DNA of 59,086 nt from a virus. Lineage: Duplodnaviria; Caudoviricetes. A program made the position numbers and the translations under genes. The notes beneath the pieces are model-generated. The model worked only from the letters and a program-made list of their open reading frames with translations. It ran no database searches and was not told where the DNA came from. Every line of letters begins with the position of its first letter. Position 1 is the first letter of the stretch. The stretch is from positions 1 through 59,086 of the IMG/VR virus record IMGVR_UViG_3300034100_000010. One strand, written 5' to 3'. Below, piece after piece: positions 1 through 9,597 of the stretch.

Positions 1-1
1 A

Positions 2-490
2 AAAGGCAATAATAACATTACAGTAGTATTCTTGGGCGATGGTGCCTGTGAGCAGGGAGTCTGGTACGAAGCATTAAATTTTGCAAGTCTTCACAAACTA
101 CCTATACTGTTTGTGGTTGAAAACAACGGTCTTGCCGTCACAACACCACTACAAGACCGTCAAGGTAATCGAGGAATACACCTAATCGCAGCGGCACATG
201 GACTTGGTTGGGAGAACGTAAACGGTCAAGACATCGAAGCGGTTTATAGAATTACAGACCATCTTGTAACTCATGTGCGACAAGGACAACCAATGCTGCT
301 TCAAGCATTCACCGAACGACAAAGGGTACACTGCGGAATCGAGCATGAGTTTGGACTTCGAGACGATCCCGTACAACCAGGGACAGTTGAAGAAGAGTTA
401 GCTATACAACAGGAAATCGAGGCGGCTTTTGGGTTTGCTGAAGAATCTCCAGAACCTACCAATCCAGAGCGAGGCGTATATGCTACTTGA
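2..490 (+). CDS. TPP-dependent dehydrogenase E1 alpha-like subunit (5'-truncated by window edge)
   Basis: Frame is open from base 2 (KGNNNITVVFLGDGACEQG...LFVVENN), containing the GDG-x26-NN TPP-binding motif; an E1 beta-like gene follows. Confidence 0.85.
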   Translation, partial: KGNNNITVVFLGDGACEQGVWYEALNFASLHKLPILFVVENNGLAVTTPLQDRQGNRGIHLIAAAHGLGWENVNGQDIEAVYRITDHLVTHVRQGQPMLLQAFTERQRVHCGIEHEFGLRDDPVQPGTVEEELAIQQEIEAAFGFAEESPEPTNPERGVYAT

Positions 491-515
491 CAAAGTTAAT
501 TGGTTATGATACCTT
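487..515 (+). promoter_or_regulatory. sigma70-type promoter overlapping the E1 alpha stop codon
   Basis: TTGACA (487-492), 17-bp spacer ending TGa, then TACCTT (510-515). Confidence 0.55.
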
Positions 516-517
516 TC

Positions 518-624
518 TACTATAAAACTCTTGGCGGAGTTAGATAGTAAGGTTTGTAAGATTCTGTGCTGGTACTATCCCAGTCCGCCAACACCTGAAA
601 GGGTGACAGAATCTTACAAACCTT
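518..624 (+). ncRNA. C4-antisense-like RNA element (target hairpin plus cloverleaf)
   Basis: Perfect 19-bp inverted repeat 549-567/606-624 encloses two small hairpins. Internal TACTATC (573-579) and TCCGCCAA (584-591) are exact complements of upstream GATAGTA (543-549) and TTGGCGGA (531-538). Confidence 0.6.
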
Positions 625-646
625 TTGTTATTCTGGAAGGTGTATT

Positions 647-1858
647 ATGACTAAGCGTATTAAATGGACTGACGAGATGTTATTTGAGGCTGCGGCTAAG
701 TTTGATAGTCGAAAGGCCTTTGAGAAAGGGAATTCTAAGGCATACGGAGTGGCTAGACACCGGGATATTTTGGATCAGGTTTGCTCACACATGCAGAAAC
801 AACATACCCAATGGACTTACGAAATGATACGCGATGCAGCACTTGAATTTAATACACGAAGAGATTTCGAGAAGGGTAATAGCAAGGCTTACGACGCATC
901 GCGTAATTGGGGTATAAGGGATGAGGTTTGTTCTCATATGAAACCGCAGCTTACAACATGGACTGATGAAATGTTGTTTGATTATGCATCTCAATTTGAT
1001 ACACGTAAGGATTTTGAGAGAGGGGCGTATGGGGCTTATCAGTCAGCATATTATCGTGGCATATTAGACCAAGTATGCGCTCATATGAAATTTCAACAAA
1101 CTCAATGGTCCGATGAAATGTTGTTTAAGGCAGCTTCTGAATTTGATACTCGTCAAGAGTTTAAGAAAGGTAATGGTTTAGCATATCAAGCATCCCGCCA
1201 TCGTGGACTACTGGACCAAGTTTGCTCTCATATGGACCTCCAACACATAGAATGGACGAATCAGATGATACACGATGCTGCGGCTGAGTTTCAGACTCGT
1301 GTGGAATTTAAGAACGGTAATAGGAACGCCTACGCATCAGCTAAACGTAGAGGCATTTTTGATGAGGTTTGTGCTCATATGGATATGCAGATTATACTAT
1401 GGACTGACGAAATGATACATGCGGCTGCTGCCGGGTTTAGTACTCGTAAGGAATTTGAGAAAGGAAATAGGAAGGCTTATAAAGCGGCAAGAGGTCGTGG
1501 TATACTAGACCAAGTATGTGTTCATATGAAACGAGGTGCCAAAGGATTCAAACCAAATAAACCCGGACAACTTTATGTAGTTCGACTAGACAGTCCAATA
1601 CAATCCTACATAGGATTCGGTATATCCAACGACCACAAAGAAAGATTTAAAGATCATATCAGCAATATGAACCGACAGGGATTCTCTTTTACAGTTCTAA
1701 AAGTTATGGAGTTTGAAAATGGTAAAGACGCCTCCAACCTTGAAAGCAAACTGAAGTAGAATCTACCTATCGTCAATACTGGTGTTGATGGTTTCCGAAC
1801 AGAAGCGATACTACTTTCAGATCACCATAAACTAGAAGAACTTATCTATGCCAACTAA
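647..1858 (+). pseudogene. Repeat-containing GIY-YIG-like homing endonuclease with internal TAG at 1757-1759
   Basis: Six ~49-aa repeats (WTDEM...ILDQVCSHM) precede a GIY-YIG-like domain (GQLYVVRL...YIGFGIS). The frame continues past TAG as NLPIVNTGVDGFRTEAIL, matching paralog 6300-7370 (LPCYNTGVEGFKTEAIL). Confidence 0.7.
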
Positions 1859-2879
1859 AACATACGCTCAAGCAATCAATGAAGCAACAGATCAACTTCT
1901 AGCCTCAGATAAGACTGTAATTGTCATAGGAGAAGGCGTCCCATCAGGTATCTTTGGTACCACAAGAAACCTAAAAGAGCGGTATGGTGATAGGGTTTGG
2001 GACAGTCCCCTTGCTGAGAACGGTACGGTGGGCTTCTGTGTGGGAGCAACCATTAGCGGCCTAAAACCTATTAACATTCACATGAGAAACGACTTTTTAT
2101 TTTTGGCGGCTGACCAGATCATAAATAATGCTGCGAAATGGAGTCACACTTTTGGAAAACCCTGCCCATTAGTTATCAGGTCTCTTGCGGGCAGAGGCTG
2201 GGGAAACGGTCCTACACACACGCAGAGCATACAACAATTGTTCTCCTCAATTTCCGGTCTCAAGGTCGTAATGCCAACTTCAGCGTATTCTGCGAAAGGA
2301 CTACTAATCGCCGCAGTACGTGATCCCAACCCGGTGCTGTTTCTCGAACATAGATGGCTTTACGATATACCATCAGAAGTCCCAGACGAAATGTATGAGT
2401 GCAACCTAGACAAGTCTAATGTAGTCCGAACTGGTGAGGACATCACAATAGTTGCACTATCATACTCAACAGTAGAGTCTATCAAAGCCGTAGATCTTCT
2501 GAAACCCTTTAACATACAACCCGAAGTAATTGACTTAATCTCATGCCATCACATTGACTTGGAAACTATCGGCGAGTCAGTGCGTAAAACAGGTAGACTG
2601 CTCGTGGTAGATACAGCGCGTCCTCAAGGTTCGGTAGGTGCTGAAGTTGTGCGCCAAGTGACTGAGAACTATTTTAATGTGCTTAGTGCAGCGCCAAAAG
2701 TTATCGGAACTAAGGACTATCCGTGTCCAACCTCTCACTTCCTAACAGAAGATTACTATGCTGATGACGCAGACATAGCTAACGAATGTTTTAAGATGTG
2801 TAATAGTAGTGAGCGGATTGAAAAGAAACCTAAGAAAGACCACGATATCCCACACAAAAACTACTCAATAACTTTCTAA
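1848..2879 (+). CDS. TPP-dependent dehydrogenase E1 beta-like subunit
   Basis: Typical E1 beta segments: TYAQAINEA, VIGEGV, DSPLAENG, GPTHTQS, DPNPVLFLEH, SVRKTGRLLVVD. Confidence 0.9.
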   Translation: MPTKTYAQAINEATDQLLASDKTVIVIGEGVPSGIFGTTRNLKERYGDRVWDSPLAENGTVGFCVGATISGLKPINIHMRNDFLFLAADQIINNAAKWSHTFGKPCPLVIRSLAGRGWGNGPTHTQSIQQLFSSISGLKVVMPTSAYSAKGLLIAAVRDPNPVLFLEHRWLYDIPSEVPDEMYECNLDKSNVVRTGEDITIVALSYSTVESIKAVDLLKPFNIQPEVIDLISCHHIDLETIGESVRKTGRLLVVDTARPQGSVGAEVVRQVTENYFNVLSAAPKVIGTKDYPCPTSHFLTEDYYADDADIANECFKMCNSSERIEKKPKKDHDIPHKNYSITF

Positions 2880-2939
2880 CTATTGACATAACCCAAAACT
2901 TGTGCTACATACATAAAACTACTCATGGAGAATCCTGAC

Positions 2940-3257
2940 ATGCAAGAATACAAACTCGTAGGTGCACTACCTAACTCTGCCCCCGGTTCTACCGAAGACC
3001 ACTATGGCTACAAATGTGAAGTTCGTCAAGATGGTATCTATATCAAATTAGATGACATCACTGCAAAGAACTGGGCTGCTGGCGGACGTATTACCAAGTC
3101 GGTATCGTTTGAGGTTACTCCAGAACCAGTCATTGTCGAGGATGAACCTACACCCCCTATCGCGGAAGTTCAAGAAGCTGAGAAACCTCAATCAATGACT
3201 GACGTTATTGAGAATGGCATTCGCAAGCCGGGTCGTCCTGCTAAAAAGGCTGAATAA
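2940..3257 (+). CDS. Hypothetical phage protein with basic C-terminal KPGRPAKK tail
   Basis: ORF with GGAG RBS and an upstream TTGACA at 2883; it is coupled to the next gene. Confidence 0.55.
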   Translation: MQEYKLVGALPNSAPGSTEDHYGYKCEVRQDGIYIKLDDITAKNWAAGGRITKSVSFEVTPEPVIVEDEPTPPIAEVQEAEKPQSMTDVIENGIRKPGRPAKKAE

Positions 3258-3613
3258 TGAGTTCGGTATGGGGTGGTCTAAACAATTCTGAGAGTTTTGA
3301 TATTACGCTATCTGCGGATCGTACTACAGGTGTTATTACCAATCCTGTACCAAACCCGACAGGAACCGTAATTGGTTTGGATTTGTTGGCTGCTTCTGGG
3401 CGTACTACAGGTGCTCTAAACAATAAAGTATTTCATATTGCCAATACGGTTGCATGTCACATGAATTTTGGTGATGGTTCTGTAACTGCTACTGCTGCTG
3501 ATATGTTGCTTATGCCGGGTGAGCGCCTAATGGTGTTACCGAATCAATATGTAGCTGTTATTAAATCTGCTGGTAGTGCCGATGGTATTTTACGTCTTAC
3601 GGAGTGTGTATAA
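3257..3613 (+). CDS. Putative virion accessory protein
   Basis: TAATG-coupled ORF, G/T/A/V-rich, in a structural context. Confidence 0.5.
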   Translation: MSSVWGGLNNSESFDITLSADRTTGVITNPVPNPTGTVIGLDLLAASGRTTGALNNKVFHIANTVACHMNFGDGSVTATAADMLLMPGERLMVLPNQYVAVIKSAGSADGILRLTECV

Positions 3614-3999
3614 TGTTTAGCAGAGCACAACAAGCACTTCAACTCATCGCGATCAAAGCGAACTCACTGGAGTTGGCGCTTTATTCGACAGACCCAACCG
3701 CTTCCGACACAGGTACAGAATGCTCAGGTGGTTCTTATGCGCGTCAAGCAATCACCTTCGGAGCTAACACCGTAGTTGCCGGAGGTACACAAATCGCTAA
3801 TACTAACCTGATTACTTTCCCACAAGCGTCTGCTGACTGGACTGGCACTGTAGCCTATTGGGGTGTCAGGATTGTTGGGGGTGCTTTAGTTGGTTCTGGG
3901 CAGATTTCTTCTGGCGGAACACCAACAACCCGTGTGGTACGCTCTGGGGATACCTACCAACAGGCTATAGGTTCTGTTGTACTAAAAGTGAATGACTAA
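3613..3999 (+). CDS. Putative virion fibre/decoration protein
   Basis: ALYSTDPT...GGSYARQAITF...ITFPQASADW pattern is common in phage structural modules. Confidence 0.6.
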   Translation: MFSRAQQALQLIAIKANSLELALYSTDPTASDTGTECSGGSYARQAITFGANTVVAGGTQIANTNLITFPQASADWTGTVAYWGVRIVGGALVGSGQISSGGTPTTRVVRSGDTYQQAIGSVVLKVND

Positions 4000-4526
4000 T
4001 GTGGTCATGGTCTCCAGCCACAGTAAACCCTGATGGTGGGGGAATCAGTGATGGTGATACATTTACACAAGACTGTATGGGTGTTGCTACAAGTATAGGT
4101 TACGCCACACCATCTGTAATATTTCAAGCAACCTCTTCAGCATTCAACACAAGTTCAGGCACAGTTGACATTTATGCTTATGGTTCTTTGTCAACCGTAA
4201 TATCCACAGGTGCGCCTGTATTGGTAGCCTTCTTCAAAAACCCAACATTGACTGGAGCAACGTGGGCGCTATCTCCAGACTCTCTAAGTAGTGTTGAGGG
4301 TGATACAGCGGCCACTGCAATGTCTGGTGGAAGGATTGTTTGCAGTCGTGTTATCAATGCTGGAGACTCGCACACGTTTGACCTCCAGCGAATTTTTAAT
4401 AATCGTGGCGAAGCAATGAGGCGTCATGCTGATGTTACTGTGTATGACCACTATAGCGTAGGTATTAAATTGTTGTCAGGTTCTACAACTGATATTAGTT
4501 GTACAATGGGCTGGCGTGAGTCATAA
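3999..4526 (+). CDS. Putative virion protein
   Basis: Translationally coupled ORF, S/T/G-rich. Confidence 0.5.
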   Translation: MWSWSPATVNPDGGGISDGDTFTQDCMGVATSIGYATPSVIFQATSSAFNTSSGTVDIYAYGSLSTVISTGAPVLVAFFKNPTLTGATWALSPDSLSSVEGDTAATAMSGGRIVCSRVINAGDSHTFDLQRIFNNRGEAMRRHADVTVYDHYSVGIKLLSGSTTDISCTMGWRES

Positions 4527-5032
4527 TGTACTACGGTAACTTTTGGGACTATTGGAACTTAGGTGCCAAAGTTACCTTTGATGGTACGTCAAAACTCATA
4601 TATGTGAACCCTGATGTAACAGCATTAGATATTCGTGCTGACGTATACACTACTTGGGTTAAGTGGATAGAACTGTACGAGAATACAGTATTTACTTTTG
4701 CTATTGAATACTCTGGACTTGATCCAATCCCGGGTGGTAACACAGGCGATATTTACTTTTTGAAAAACGGTTGGAAGCTGATTATTGATCTGACCAAAGT
4801 TGCTGTTAGTGGTGTACTGTATTCACGAGACTATTCTACCGCATATTACAGCTCAACACTAACACCACAATATCCTGCGACTGTTGCGGCTTTGGTAAAT
4901 ACGGTAACAAATTATCAGAATGTAGTTACGGGCGATGTAGGTAGTATTGTAGTCCCAACAGCACAACAAAACGCTGATGCTGTAATAGCTTCTGGTGTCT
5001 TGACTAAGCCGCAATTCATAGCACTAAAATAG
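4526..5032 (+). CDS. Hypothetical phage protein
   Basis: Translationally coupled 168-aa ORF. Confidence 0.55.
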   Translation: MYYGNFWDYWNLGAKVTFDGTSKLIYVNPDVTALDIRADVYTTWVKWIELYENTVFTFAIEYSGLDPIPGGNTGDIYFLKNGWKLIIDLTKVAVSGVLYSRDYSTAYYSSTLTPQYPATVAALVNTVTNYQNVVTGDVGSIVVPTAQQNADAVIASGVLTKPQFIALK

Positions 5033-5041
5033 AGGTACTAT

Positions 5042-5350
5042 ATGCCAGTCTATAAACTTCTCAAAGACGCTACTACTGTCATAAATGGCACACCTATAAG
5101 CCTAGAAGCGGTTCAAGAGTCACTGGCTGTTCAGGTTATTATTTCTGGTACAGGTACTTTGACAGCTACCTTGGTTACTAAAGGTAGTGCTAACGGTATA
5201 GACTTCTTTACGCTTGCAACGACTAAAATTTCCGGTACAGATAGTGCTACCGAAGGGTTTACAATCAAAGACCCTTGGCAATATATTAGAAGTGATATAA
5301 CCGCGCTCACAGGCACTTCTGCAACAATTAACGTATTGATGGTGGCTTAA
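5042..5350 (+). CDS. Putative virion accessory protein
   Basis: GAGG RBS; beta-rich sequence (GSANGIDF, PWQYIR). Confidence 0.55.
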   Translation: MPVYKLLKDATTVINGTPISLEAVQESLAVQVIISGTGTLTATLVTKGSANGIDFFTLATTKISGTDSATEGFTIKDPWQYIRSDITALTGTSATINVLMVA

Positions 5351-5351
5351 T

Positions 5352-5882
5352 ATGACTACTTTATTGACTCAAGAATCTGGTCATGGGCCAATAGAACAGT
5401 ATTCCGGCGCATATAGATCAATAGAAGTTGAGCATGCAAAAATACATGACGGTAAAGGATTTTTATCTAACGGCAAAGCCACAATAGCTTCGGCAGCGTC
5501 TCAAACAAGGTTATTTAAAAATCCTGCTGGGAATTATCCACATCTAAGGATGCTACTGGTTGATGCTACGTCTGCTCCAATAGAACTAGCATTTTATGAA
5601 TCGCCTGTGACTACCGCTGATGGTACACCGTCGGTAGTGCACAACTATAATCGCGCATCTACAAACACACCAAATCTTTTGCTGTACGGGTCTCCGACTG
5701 TAACATCTAACGGAACACTGCTAGAAACTATACTTGTTGGGGGTACTAGGAACTCTGGCGGAATGGGCATAGATATCCCAACTGAGTGGGTACTAAAACC
5801 AGCAACAAATTATCTGTTGATAGCTACAAATATATCAACAGGTTCATCAGACACTTACGCGCACATATTCTGGTATGAATAG
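5352..5882 (+). CDS. Putative virion accessory protein
   Basis: 176-aa ORF ending EWVLKPATNYLL...FWYE. Confidence 0.55.
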   Translation: MTTLLTQESGHGPIEQYSGAYRSIEVEHAKIHDGKGFLSNGKATIASAASQTRLFKNPAGNYPHLRMLLVDATSAPIELAFYESPVTTADGTPSVVHNYNRASTNTPNLLLYGSPTVTSNGTLLETILVGGTRNSGGMGIDIPTEWVLKPATNYLLIATNISTGSSDTYAHIFWYE

Positions 5883-6264
5883 AATCTGGCAACTCTTAAT
5901 ATCTTTTGATCAGTTCCTAAACTGTCTGGCAAGCATCATAATTGGTGGTGGTTGGGCTGATGAGACATTCTCAGCAAGGTGCTGGCGTCAAGGTAAGTAT
6001 AGTGCTGTTTGGAATAGTGTAAGAATCTTTGTTGACACATTACTATTCTTTGATAAACAACATTGCTTTACATCTTACATCTCAGAGTACGAGCGCAAAC
6101 ATCTACCAAACACATACAGTGTTGTTGACAGTGTTCTAGATGCTGTTAAAACTCATCGAATTACTTCTTGCACCACTTGTAGTTCTTGCTGTAGTGTGTA
6201 CGCTGCTTTGGGATTGGTTGCGTGGGAATCCAATATAGCACTTGACACTTCTACGATAGTCTAG
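5875..6264 (+). CDS. Conserved small phage protein (DQFLN...DETFSAR type)
   Basis: LISFDQFLN...GWADETFSARCW...FFDKQHC pattern. Confidence 0.55.
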   Translation: MNRIWQLLISFDQFLNCLASIIIGGGWADETFSARCWRQGKYSAVWNSVRIFVDTLLFFDKQHCFTSYISEYERKHLPNTYSVVDSVLDAVKTHRITSCTTCSSCCSVYAALGLVAWESNIALDTSTIV

Positions 6265-6299
6265 TATCATTACGCCTTTCGGATGTAAAAGGTTCCTCT

Positions 6300-7370
6300 G
6301 TGCAAAGAAACACTGCCAATGATAGACTCGTAAGTAAACTAAGACTTTATAACTTAAAGGTTTTAGGTAAGTACGCAGGTTATAATAAAGAAGTGCTTAT
6401 ACGCTGTCTAACATGTAATCATGAGTGGTCTGTTACCCCGAAGAATATAACTAGAAGCCTAAAATGCCCTGATTGTGGTAGACACAAGTCACACGAACAA
6501 TTTATCGAGGAAGCAAAAGTAAATAAAAAAGTAACGGTGATCGGTAAATATGTGCCATATAATGGTCCAATATTAGTTAAGTGTAATACTTGTGGCAAAG
6601 AGTTCCAAAGCAACTCTAACAGAATATTACGAGGGCATGGGTGTTTTACTTGTGGTAAACTATCAATTACATTAGGAACCGACAAACTATTGGCACGTTT
6701 AACTAAGTATAGACCTACTATGGAAATCCTAGACACACCTAAACTTATCACAGATTTGGTACGGTGTAGATGCTCAGTATGCAACTTAGAAAATAAACGC
6801 ACAGTTTCTGTGATATTGAGATCTGGTTGTAAACGATGCAATCATCTAAGACAAAGAAAGTCGAATGAAAAATTCTTAGCCGATTTAAAAAGAGTGTTGC
6901 CTGATGTCACAGCTTTAACTACTTACGATGGTGCTAAGAATAATATAAGTGTGCGGTGCGATATTGACGGTTACGAGTGGGACACCACTCCTGATGAACT
7001 ACTGTGTAGCTACGGATGTAAGCAATGTACTAAAACAGGTTTTAATGTTGGTAAAACTGGCTACTTGTATGTGTACTCATTTCAAGAGTATTGCGGGTTT
7101 GGTATTACAACAAATGTACGTCAAAGACATTTATACCATACCAAAACATTTAAATCGCACAAAATAGAGGCTACGTTAGACTTTGTGTATTCAGGTGATG
7201 GTCAGGTTGTCTGGGACGTAGAAAGACATTTGAAGGTCGCTCTACCTTGTTATAACACAGGCGTAGAGGGTTTTAAAACAGAAGCTATACTCGATACACA
7301 TAAAATGTTACTATTAGAAATCCTAAATAGTTACATAAAGTCAGGAGTATTGACAATTGAAAAAGTGTGA
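6300..7370 (+). CDS. Zinc-ribbon-repeat GIY-YIG-like homing endonuclease
   Basis: Repeated CxxC units and C-terminal GYLYVY...GFGIT; own promoter TTGACA-17-TATCAT at 6242-6270. Confidence 0.7.
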   Translation: MQRNTANDRLVSKLRLYNLKVLGKYAGYNKEVLIRCLTCNHEWSVTPKNITRSLKCPDCGRHKSHEQFIEEAKVNKKVTVIGKYVPYNGPILVKCNTCGKEFQSNSNRILRGHGCFTCGKLSITLGTDKLLARLTKYRPTMEILDTPKLITDLVRCRCSVCNLENKRTVSVILRSGCKRCNHLRQRKSNEKFLADLKRVLPDVTALTTYDGAKNNISVRCDIDGYEWDTTPDELLCSYGCKQCTKTGFNVGKTGYLYVYSFQEYCGFGITTNVRQRHLYHTKTFKSHKIEATLDFVYSGDGQVVWDVERHLKVALPCYNTGVEGFKTEAILDTHKMLLLEILNSYIKSGVLTIEKV

Positions 7371-7704
7371 ACCTGTGGAAGCCCATCTCGAAAAAACTAC
7401 AAAAACACTCATTAAGACTTGGGCTAAGAAGCGCGACATCTGGCTTTTCATGCCAATCCCCAGCGCGTTCGGCGCTTCTACAGGATGTAGTGATTTTCTA
7501 GGTTGCTTAAACGATGGTACTATGCTTTGTATAGAGGCTAAAAAGGCTGGTGCAAAGGCTAAAGTTACTGCAAACCAACAAAAGTTTATTGATAACGTGA
7601 ATGAGCGTGGTGGTATTGGTGTGGTTGTATCTTGCCAAGAAGACCTAGATGAACTTGATATGTTGATTGCTGCTAGGACTCATGTGGTGATGTATGACAA
7701 CTAA
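7357..7704 (+). CDS. VRR-NUC family nuclease (resolvase-like)
   Basis: GCSDFLG...CIEAK...TANQQKF...GG pattern of VRR-NUC PD-(D/E)xK nucleases. Confidence 0.8.
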   Translation: MKKCEPVEAHLEKTTKTLIKTWAKKRDIWLFMPIPSAFGASTGCSDFLGCLNDGTMLCIEAKKAGAKAKVTANQQKFIDNVNERGGIGVVVSCQEDLDELDMLIAARTHVVMYDN

Positions 7705-8179
7705 TCTTCCAGCAACAAAACTTAAGTTTGCTCCCACATTAGCCTTCGACGAGGCTATGACAATCATCAACCGTTTGTCAGGTAAACCTGATGCTTGGAC
7801 AGATGAAGACCTTTTTGCAATCTACGGTTATACACCAGAACAACTAGAGCAGTTCAGAACCGATACCGAATTCACCAAAGCGGTTCACGCTGCAATTCAA
7901 GAACTAAAAGAAACTGGTGGGTCACTAAAACAAAAATCCAGAATGCAGTTGGACTATTACATAGATTCTGTGGTACCTCAGATGATGAGTGAACCAAACG
8001 AACTAGTTCCCGCAAAAGATAAAATAGCATTGCTTCAATTCCTCTCGAAGCTAAGTGGCATGGATACAGAAAAACCCAAAGAAGGTCAAGGCGGTTCACA
8101 AACTAACAGTCCGGTGTTCAACCTCATCCTCACGCAAGCACCAGAACAGCAACCAAAACTTATCGTAGATCAACAATAG
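7694..8179 (+). CDS. Putative terminase small subunit
   Basis: Size and helical character, C-terminal FNLIL strand and position next to VRR-NUC; function is inferred. Confidence 0.45.
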   Translation: MTTNLPATKLKFAPTLAFDEAMTIINRLSGKPDAWTDEDLFAIYGYTPEQLEQFRTDTEFTKAVHAAIQELKETGGSLKQKSRMQLDYYIDSVVPQMMSEPNELVPAKDKIALLQFLSKLSGMDTEKPKEGQGGSQTNSPVFNLILTQAPEQQPKLIVDQQ

Positions 8180-8211
8180 CTTTCGCTTTTTGCGAATAGC
8201 GAAAGGAACTA

Positions 8212-9486
8212 ATGGCAAACCGATACCAAGAACCATCACAAGAACTCCTTCAATCAGTATTCAAAAACTACGAATTATTAGGTAGCAAGAAGGCAACAGC
8301 AAGGGTTCTAGGACTGGCTGAGACTACTGTAAGGCGTTGGTTGAAGCGTTACTATGCTACAGGGACTATGGGTGTGTTTAAGATGGTTAATGTTCCGGGT
8401 GGTGAGGGGGTTGATGAGATTGTCGATACCTTAAAACATTGTGAAACCGATATTCTTAAAGATAAGATCAAAACACTTGAGTCTGTTATAGCTGCATCAA
8501 AGAAAGAGTCACTGACAGACCATTATGTTCGTGAGAAGATTTTTGGATTGTCGGAAGTACCTGTAGAACCTCCGAAGTGGCTAACCTCAGACAACGATTT
8601 TCCTGAGTGGGAAGCAGTACCTACTGTATTCTTGTCAGACCTCCACTGGGGTGAGGTAGTTGATCCAAACCAGATAGGTGGTGTAAATTCTTACGATCTT
8701 GAGATTGCTTCAGAACGCCTAAAGTCTGTTGTTAATACTTCGTGTAGTTTGCTCGATATGGTTGATGGTAGATACCCAGGCATTGTAGTTGCCTTGGGCG
8801 GAGATCTTCTTTCGGGGGACATCCACGAAGAATTATCAGAGACGAATGCCGCGCCAATGATGCCTGTACTACTAAATCTACTAGAAAATCTAATAGCTAC
8901 GTTAAACGTATACGCTGATAAGTTTGGTAAAGTTTTTGTTCCTTGCGTCACGGGCAACCATTCCAGAACATCTAAGAAGCCTCGTGCCAAATCTCGCAAT
9001 TTTACTAACTTTGATTGGCTACTATATACTCTATTAGATCGGCATTTCAAATCTGATAACCGTATTACGTTTCAGATTCCGGATGGGTCTGATGCACTTT
9101 ATAAGGTGTATAATACTCGTTATCTGCTTACTCACGGGGATCAGATGCGCAGTTCTGGGGAAGCTATGATTGGAGCTATTGGGAGCATTATTCGTGGGGA
9201 CCATCGGAAACGTAGCCGCAACGGGCAGATCAATATGTCCTATGACTGTATGCTACTAGGCCACTGGCATCAACTGATACAGATGCAGCGGCTAATTGTT
9301 AACGGAAGTCTCAAAGGCTACGATGAATACGCATATGTCAACAATTTTGGTTACGAACCACCACGACAAGCCATGTGGCTTACACATAAAGAACATGGTA
9401 TAATTATGTCTATGCCTGTTAATGCTGATAGGCATCATGATGAAAACAAATATCAACCTGCGGAGTGGGTATCTTGGAAGCCTTGA
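8212..9486 (+). CDS. HTH-fused calcineurin-like metallophosphoesterase
   Basis: N-terminal HTH (KATARVLGLAETTVRRW); motifs DLH, GD, GNH, HGD, GHWH. Confidence 0.85.
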   Translation: MANRYQEPSQELLQSVFKNYELLGSKKATARVLGLAETTVRRWLKRYYATGTMGVFKMVNVPGGEGVDEIVDTLKHCETDILKDKIKTLESVIAASKKESLTDHYVREKIFGLSEVPVEPPKWLTSDNDFPEWEAVPTVFLSDLHWGEVVDPNQIGGVNSYDLEIASERLKSVVNTSCSLLDMVDGRYPGIVVALGGDLLSGDIHEELSETNAAPMMPVLLNLLENLIATLNVYADKFGKVFVPCVTGNHSRTSKKPRAKSRNFTNFDWLLYTLLDRHFKSDNRITFQIPDGSDALYKVYNTRYLLTHGDQMRSSGEAMIGAIGSIIRGDHRKRSRNGQINMSYDCMLLGHWHQLIQMQRLIVNGSLKGYDEYAYVNNFGYEPPRQAMWLTHKEHGIIMSMPVNADRHHDENKYQPAEWVSWKP

Positions 9487-9547
9487 CACAACCCTAAACT
9501 TATGGTAGAACCATAACACCTTAAAACTTCCTCGGAGATTAACCAAA

Positions 9548-9595
9548 ATGGCCTGTAAACCTAAAAAGACCAAGATACCTCCGAAGAAGAAATAA
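9548..9595 (+). CDS. 15-aa basic micropeptide MACKPKKTKIPPKKK
   Basis: GGAG upstream, first ORF after the 9483 promoter, and stop lies 2 nt before the next ATG. Confidence 0.4.
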   Translation: MACKPKKTKIPPKKK

Positions 9596-9597
9596 TC

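Noticed and set aside
1757-1759. Genome-wide TAG reassignment
   Set aside because: TAG ends several tightly packed genes, and long genes are uninterrupted under the standard code.
491-1847. Group I intron around the first endonuclease
   Set aside because: The flanking genes end and start normally as separate subunits, and no catalytic core elements were recognised.
6150-6260. Possible minus-strand coding remnant under the C-terminal extension of 5875-6264
   Set aside because: Short, with no RBS and an in-frame stop just upstream.
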